DNA of 64,000 nucleotides from a virus. Below are positions 59,701 to 64,000 of the stretch, piece by piece. The notes under the pieces were generated by a model. It worked only from the letters and a program-made list of their open reading frames with translations. It was not told the DNA's origin and searched no databases. Location of the stretch: positions 22,316 through 86,315 of IMG/VR virus record IMGVR_UViG_3300027770_000050, one strand, 5' to 3'. Within the stretch, counting starts at the first letter, position 1; every line of letters starts with the position of its first letter. The position numbers and the translations under genes are program-made.

Positions 59701-62700
59701 TTAATCTTGCAGCTGGAGCAAATGCAGCTAACCATTCTATTGTATTCTCATTAAATGCTACTGGATCTGGAGTAGCATTATCATCAGATGCAGAACTTCA
59801 ATACAATCCGTCAACAAATGCACTATCTGTTGGAACTGGTAATATTACTGCAAATGCTGTAAGAATAGGAAATTCAGCTAATACCGTTGATACTTCATCA
59901 GGAAACTTAACATTAGATTCAACTGGTGGACAAGTAAACATCAATGACAATGTTGTAATCCAAGGTAATCTTACAGTACAAGGCACTACACTTACAGTTG
60001 ATTCAACAATTACTACAATTGTTGATCCTGTCATTGTTCTAGGATCTGGTGTTGGAGGAACACACTCTACTGCTGACAATAATCAAGACAGAGGTATTGA
60101 GTTCAGATATTCCAATGGTGGAACTGCTGTAACTGGATACTTTGGCTTCCAAGATACTGATTTTAAATTTAGATATATTCCTAATGCTACTCTTTCTGGA
60201 ACAAATGTATATTCAGGAAATGTTGGTGTAATTGTAGCAACATTAGAAGGTAATGTTTCAGCAACTGCAGTTACAGCTACAAACTTCTATGGTACTCTTG
60301 TTGGTAATACTGCAACAGCTACTACATCTCAAAATATAAATACTACTACAGCAGCTACTGCAAGTGCTCACTATATTTTATTTAGTCCTGTAAACGCAAC
60401 TACTTCTGGTGTCGCAGTTAGTTCAGACAGCACTTTACAATTCAACCCTGGAACAAATGTACTTACAACAGACGTATTCTCTGGAAACCTTAGTGCTACC
60501 GCAGCTACTGCTACTAATTTCTTTGGTACTCATGTTGGTGCTGTAACTGGAAATGTTACTGGCACTGCGACAACAGCACAAAATTTAAATACTACAGCTG
60601 CAACTACCGCAGGTGCACACTATTTATTATTCTCTCCAGTAAACGCAACAGCTTCAGGGGTAGCAGTATCGTCTGATTCAACATTACAGTTCAACCCTGG
60701 TACTAATGTTCTTACAACAGATGTATTTTCAGGTAATTTATCAGGAACAGCAGTAACTGCAACTAATTTCTTTGGAACATTAGTCGGCAATTCTTCTACT
60801 GCAACAACAGCAAGTAATTTAAATATAAACCCTGCTTCAGCAAATAGTCTTCATTATATTACTTTTTCAACAGCATCATCGGGTAGTGGATTAGCAAGTT
60901 CAACTGATACTGATTTAACTTATAATCCTGGAACCAATGTTCTTGTTGCAGGTGTTTTCTCTGGTAACCTTAGTGCTACTGCTGCCACTGCCACTAACTT
61001 CTTTGGAACACTTACTGGAAATGTAACAGGCACTGCTACAACAGCACAAAACTTAAATACTACAGCTGCTACAACAGCTGGTGCTCACTATTTATTATTT
61101 AGCCCTGTAAATGCTACAGCTTCAGGAGTTGCGGTATCCTCAGATTCAACACTTCAGTTCAATCCGGGTACTAATGTTCTTACAACAGATGTTTTCTCAG
61201 GAAATCTTAGTGCTACTGCAGCAACAGCAACAAACTTCTTTGGAACACTTACTGGAAATGTTACTGGAAACTTAACTGGAACAGCCACAACTGCACAAAA
61301 TATTAATTTGGCAGCTGGTGCAAATAACTCAAATCATTCTGTAGTCTTTTCATTAAATGCTACTGGAACAGGTATAGGATTATCTAGTGACGCTGGTTTA
61401 CAATATAATCCTTCTACAAACTTACTTACTGCAGATGTATTCTCAGGAAACTTTACAGGAACTGCTGCTACCGCAACTAATTTCTATGGAACTCATATTG
61501 GTGCTGTAACTGGTAATGTATCTGGAAACGTAACTGGAACTTCTACTACATCTCAAAATGTAAACACAGTAACAGCCACTACAGCAGCTATTCACTATAT
61601 TACTTTTTCTCCTGTAAATGGTGCAAGTGGAGTTGCACTTTCAAGTGACACTCAACTTACATATAATCCTGGTACTGACGTATTAACTGCATCTGTATTC
61701 TCTGGAAATGTAACTGGAACAGCAATAACTGCTACCAACTTCTACGGTACTCTCGTAGGCAATACTGCAACAGCCACTACTTCACAAAATATAAACACAA
61801 CAGCTGCAACGACAGCTGGAACTCATTATCTGTTATTTAGTCCAGTCAATGCTACAGCTTCAGGTGTAGCAGTGTCATCCGATTCTACGTTACAGTTCAA
61901 CCCTGGGACTAATGTTTTAACAACGGATGTATTCTCTGGTAACTTCACAGGTACAGCAGCCACTGCAACTAACTTCTTTGGAGCATTGACTGGAAACGTT
62001 ACAGGTACTGCTACAACTTCACAAAATGTTAATTTAGCTGCAGGTGCCAATAATTCAAGTCATTCAATAGTCTTTTCTTTGAACGCTACTGGTTCTGGCG
62101 TTGCTCTTTCAAGTGATGCGCAATTAACATATAATCCTTCAACTGATGTATTGTCTGCAACTACTTTCTCAGGAAATGTGAGCGGAACTGCAATAACTTC
62201 CACAAACTTCTTTGGAACATTGACAGGAAATGTTACTGGAAACCTTACTGGAACTGCAACTACTTCACAAAATGTAAACTTAGCTGCGGGTGCTAATAAT
62301 TCAAATCACTCTGTGATTTTTTCATTGAATGCAACAGGAACAGGAGTAGGATTATCAAGTGATGCTGGTTTACAATATAACCCATCAACTAATGTTATTA
62401 CAGCTGATGTATTTTCTGGTAATCATACTGGAACTGCATTTACGGCAACAAACTTCTTCGGAACATTAGTTGGCAATTCATCAACAGCTACTACATCTCA
62501 AAATGTAAACACTGTAACAGCTACTACATCAGGTGTTCATTATATAACATTCTCCCCGGTGAACGGAGCATCAGGGGTAGCACTTTCCTCAGATACTCAA
62601 CTTACTTACAATCCTGCTACTGACGTACTTTCAGCTACTACATTCTCTGGAAATGCAACTGGTACTGCAATAACTGCTACAAACTTCTATGGTACTTTAA

Positions 62701-64000
62701 TAGGAAGCGTTGGTTCTGCTACAACATCACAAAATATCAATACCACAGCTGCAACTACTGCTGGAGCTCATTATTTATTATTTAGTCCGGTAAATGCTAC
62801 TGCTTCAGGTGTAGCAGTTTCATCAGATGCTCAGTTACAATTCAATCCAGGAACTAACGTCCTTACCGTTGATGTATTTAGTGGTAACTTAAGTGCTACC
62901 GCTGCCACAGCAACTAACTTTTACGGTACTCATATAGGTAACGTAACAGGTACTGCAACTACTTCTCAAAACATCAATACAGTAACAGCTACTACTGCAG
63001 CTGTCCATTACCTAACATTCTCTCCTGCAAACGGAGCGAGTGGAGTAGCGTTGAGTAGTGATACTCAACTTACTTACAATCCTGCTACAGACGTATTGTC
63101 ATCAACTACATTCTCTGGAAACTTATCAGGTACTGCTGTAACATCTACGAACTTCTTTGGAGCTTTGACTGGAAATGTTACTGGAGCGGCTACAACTGCT
63201 CAAAATATAAATACAACTAGCGCAACAACTGCTGGAGCTCACTATTTATTATTTTCCCCAGTAAATGCAACAGCAAGTGGAGTAGCTGTTTCTTCTGATT
63301 CAACATTGCAGTTCAACCCAGCAACAAATGTATTAACTACTGATGTTTTCTCTGGAAATTTATCTGCAACAGCAGCAACCGCTACAAACTTCTTTGGAAC
63401 ATTGACTGGAAATGTTACTGGCACAGCTACAACAGCACAAAATATTAACTTAGCTGCTGGTGGAAATAACTCAAACCATTCTGTAATATTCTCATTAAAT
63501 GCTACTGGTACAGGCGTTGGATTATCAAGTGATGCAGGATTACAATATAACCCATCAACGAATGTTCTTACTGTTGATGTATTCTCTGGAAACTTCACAG
63601 GAACTGCAGCTACTGCCACCAACTTCTTTGGTACTCATGTTGGTGCTGTAACTGGTAATGTCACAGGTACTGCAACAACATCTCAAAATGTCAACACTGT
63701 ATCAGCAACCACAGCTGGTGTTCACTATATTACATTCTCTCCTATCAATGGTGCATCAGGTGTTGCCTTAAGTAGTGATGCCCAACTGACTTACAATCCT
63801 GCCACTGATGTACTTTCTGCTACAACTTTCTCAGGAAATGTTACCGGAACAGCAATAACAGCAACTAACTTCTACGGTACTCTTATAGGAAGTGTTGGAT
63901 CAGCAACTACTTCACAAAATATCAACACAACAGCAGCAACAACTGCCGGTGTTCATTATTTATTATTTAGTCCAGTAAATGCTACTGCTTCAGGAGTAGC
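53796..64000 (+). CDS. Giant repeat-rich tail fibre protein, >3400 aa, truncated by the window edge (not in ORF track)
   Basis: ATG at 53796 (MATDVIIEPGSGQIYWNDSAG...), AAGGA upstream; frame spot-checked open at 57541 and at the end (...LFSPVNATASGV); same ~70-aa repeats and STTTGALVVSGGVGIG modules as neighbouring fibres. Confidence 0.9.
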   Translation, partial: MATDVIIEPGSGQIYWNDSAGSSQSISIKGDAQNTISVVGYSGAFSPGSSAGGTFVIASFNDNSGTSAFIPGTTNYDLGSTTYRWSVYGYTGNFSSDVVISSSTQSTSVTSGALRVNGGVGISGRMYFNTAAMGTTGIASPPTFAFIGSTGDPIFLQVLEDNSLSFEGSQGQLFSITPNLSTGYIYSVNDITGIPLLRANANANVTANEFGGNFGIGVTNPGYKLHVVGSVGFTSISASTNPTSGTLVVSGGVGVGQTLNIGGRLNLWNSANTNFTSFVSTATGNTVYNLPATTPATGTSVLQSDSVGNLSWVGFVANSASIATTAQNINTVFASTNSTHHILFSPVNGGSGVAVSSDSGFTVNPATNVITANTFSGNISATGTTSGFVGVTDNTASTSTTTGALVVTGGVGIGQSVNIGGRVGIGTNLLNAALNIQLPSTATSGIVIKGNGSQTADAITTFSSTGTTNFAVGADGRVRLTGMDGIWTSKVQQNIFDVSDGRVNWNLSTWQYSNINWVTAGANITQASGQLYIYNSGTTSVTGVGIIATGWDTSGANRVFGILTPSGTERSFFRGYGNLVINPNNPNGLHTAWNTMDLITLDISGTATTYSGNIIKGSVESVERFSVGPFGNTKITVGTATTATGFIVKAVASQTGNLIETQSSAGATNFYVTPSGAVNVGSTAASISTSSGALTVSGGVGIGGSLYVASATAISGVTINSGVITGTLSGYATTARNTDVSLASTNSTHFVTFTTASSGSGLGQSADADLTYNPSTNVLTTGTFSGNLSATGVTSGLVSVTSSTASTYMANGALTVSGGVGISGQLSFNRAAIGYTGIPTNPTMAFIGTTGNPITLTVLADNGLQFEGTSGKLFGINNNLSTGFIFSVGDISGIPLLRANADGTVAMGEFAGNIGIGMSNPAFKLHVIGSVGFTSVTASTNPTSGTLVVSGGVGIGQSLNVGGRLHLWNAANTNFTAFLSAASGNHTYTLPANVPSTGTSVLQADTSGILSWVGFSANSASIATTSQNLNTVASTTSASHFLLFSPTNGASGVAVSSDAQLTYNPATDVLTASVFSGNVSATAVTSTNFFGTLTGNVTGNVTGTATTSQNVNTVAATTSATHYLTFSPVNGASGVALSSDANLTFNPSTNVLTTDIFSGNLSATAVTSGFVGATASTPSTSTTTGTLVVTGGVGIGQSLNVGGRVGIGTDLLTGQINIKTSLAATPGLVVQGAASQTADYAQFFTSTGTTSLSITKDAEIKFPLAQDIKLYATAYGSVGAIKTTGNFFAYGGLIFAYGVSDALSAVLSPTSLSISQLDWSTYSSGATIRWATNNAVRIQPTSTSVVPLHVQLQNASWTSGNAFEIENNGTLKFKVDYAGSTTILSTVGSGSTTTGALVVSGGVGISGAIFGGSTISAADNIEIRSAKELRLNNSGNTFYTGFKAGANASNTTYTFPAAYPGSGTSVLQSDTSGTLTWVGIVGTATTSQNVNLAAGANNSNHSVVFSLNATGSGVALSSDAGLQYNPSTNVLTADVFSGNVSATAVTATNFFGTFQGSSATAVTSQNINTTSATTAAAHYLLFSPVNATTSGVAVSSDSSLQFNPATNVLTVDVFSGNHTGTAFTATNFFGTLTGNVTGNLTGTATTSQNVNTVAATTSASHFITFSPVNGASGVALSSDANLTFNPSTNVLTTDIFSGNVSATAVTSTNFFGTLTGNVTGNLTGTATTAQNINLAAGANNSNHSVVFSLNATGTGIALSSDAGLQYNPASNVLTADVFSGNASGTAATYTNFFGTLTGNVTGNLTGTATTSQNINTTSATTAGAHYLLFSPVNATASGIAVSSDATLQFNPGTNVLTTDVFSGNLSATAATATNFFGTLVGNSSTATTASNLNVVSATTNSAHYITFSPASSGSGLATSADTDLSYNPSTNVMTAGVFSGNFTGTAATATNFFGTLVGNSSTATTAQNVNLAAGANAANHSIVFSLNATGSGVALSSDAELQYNPSTNALSVGTGNITANAVRIGNSANTVDTSSGNLTLDSTGGQVNINDNVVIQGNLTVQGTTLTVDSTITTIVDPVIVLGSGVGGTHSTADNNQDRGIEFRYSNGGTAVTGYFGFQDTDFKFRYIPNATLSGTNVYSGNVGVIVATLEGNVSATAVTATNFYGTLVGNTATATTSQNINTTTAATASAHYILFSPVNATTSGVAVSSDSTLQFNPGTNVLTTDVFSGNLSATAATATNFFGTHVGAVTGNVTGTATTAQNLNTTAATTAGAHYLLFSPVNATASGVAVSSDSTLQFNPGTNVLTTDVFSGNLSGTAVTATNFFGTLVGNSSTATTASNLNINPASANSLHYITFSTASSGSGLASSTDTDLTYNPGTNVLVAGVFSGNLSATAATATNFFGTLTGNVTGTATTAQNLNTTAATTAGAHYLLFSPVNATASGVAVSSDSTLQFNPGTNVLTTDVFSGNLSATAATATNFFGTLTGNVTGNLTGTATTAQNINLAAGANNSNHSVVFSLNATGTGIGLSSDAGLQYNPSTNLLTADVFSGNFTGTAATATNFYGTHIGAVTGNVSGNVTGTSTTSQNVNTVTATTAAIHYITFSPVNGASGVALSSDTQLTYNPGTDVLTASVFSGNVTGTAITATNFYGTLVGNTATATTSQNINTTAATTAGTHYLLFSPVNATASGVAVSSDSTLQFNPGTNVLTTDVFSGNFTGTAATATNFFGALTGNVTGTATTSQNVNLAAGANNSSHSIVFSLNATGSGVALSSDAQLTYNPSTDVLSATTFSGNVSGTAITSTNFFGTLTGNVTGNLTGTATTSQNVNLAAGANNSNHSVIFSLNATGTGVGLSSDAGLQYNPSTNVITADVFSGNHTGTAFTATNFFGTLVGNSSTATTSQNVNTVTATTSGVHYITFSPVNGASGVALSSDTQLTYNPATDVLSATTFSGNATGTAITATNFYGTLIGSVGSATTSQNINTTAATTAGAHYLLFSPVNATASGVAVSSDAQLQFNPGTNVLTVDVFSGNLSATAATATNFYGTHIGNVTGTATTSQNINTVTATTAAVHYLTFSPANGASGVALSSDTQLTYNPATDVLSSTTFSGNLSGTAVTSTNFFGALTGNVTGAATTAQNINTTSATTAGAHYLLFSPVNATASGVAVSSDSTLQFNPATNVLTTDVFSGNLSATAATATNFFGTLTGNVTGTATTAQNINLAAGGNNSNHSVIFSLNATGTGVGLSSDAGLQYNPSTNVLTVDVFSGNFTGTAATATNFFGTHVGAVTGNVTGTATTSQNVNTVSATTAGVHYITFSPINGASGVALSSDAQLTYNPATDVLSATTFSGNVTGTAITATNFYGTLIGSVGSATTSQNINTTAATTAGVHYLLFSPVNATASGV

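Noticed and set aside
24754-63622. Many minus-strand and alternate-frame ORFs over the fibre genes (e.g. 25375-25923, 49627-50082, 56108-56605, 63242-63622)
   Set aside because: Shadow ORFs from repetitive Thr/Ala/Gly codons; Val/Pro-rich antisense translations without RBS or motifs
1-64000. Stop-codon reassignment as in some huge phages
   Set aside because: Standard code gives full-length conserved proteins and dense tiling; TAG and TGA both occur as plausible gene ends
48728-64000. Ice-binding/ice-nucleation protein suggested by TxT-rich repeats
   Set aside because: No regular 8/16-residue INP periodicity; repeats are shared with fibres carrying an S74 chaperone, so a trimeric fibre shaft is the simpler reading

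Overview
AT-rich, densely coding window that reads as part of a jumbo/huge tailed-phage genome. Left arm (1-23 kb): a complete gyrB coupled to a gyrA that runs off the left edge, a 1939-aa repeat-rich virion-type protein, PIN-PhoH, a J-domain protein, ClpX, a degenerate macrodomain, a lytic transglycosylase and many small hypothetical genes. Right arm (23.3-64 kb): an adsorption-apparatus locus with at least seven modular Gly/Ser/Thr-rich fibre proteins. One of these is a >3400-aa ORF (53796 to the right edge) missing from the supplied track. The locus also has eight tandem, mostly TAATG-coupled LamG/concanavalin-like genes and a two-domain paralog. Signals not explained by standard annotation: (i) short shared peptide tags on otherwise unrelated small proteins (MWY[KRQ]xA starts, K-[IL]-[AS]-Q, and a K-[IL]-[AS]-xx-LD-xx-G-x-Y-xx-AD helix), a candidate capsid-targeting/processing system; (ii) a recurring AGG-N18/19-G(A/T)A promoter-like motif before structural genes; (iii) a perfect sigma70 promoter for gyrBA overlapped by a palindrome; (iv) a possible anchor/dock code among the fibres. 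I saw no tRNA, rRNA, CRISPR array, reverse transcriptase, integrase or transposase. All family calls come from motif recognition by eye, without database searches.
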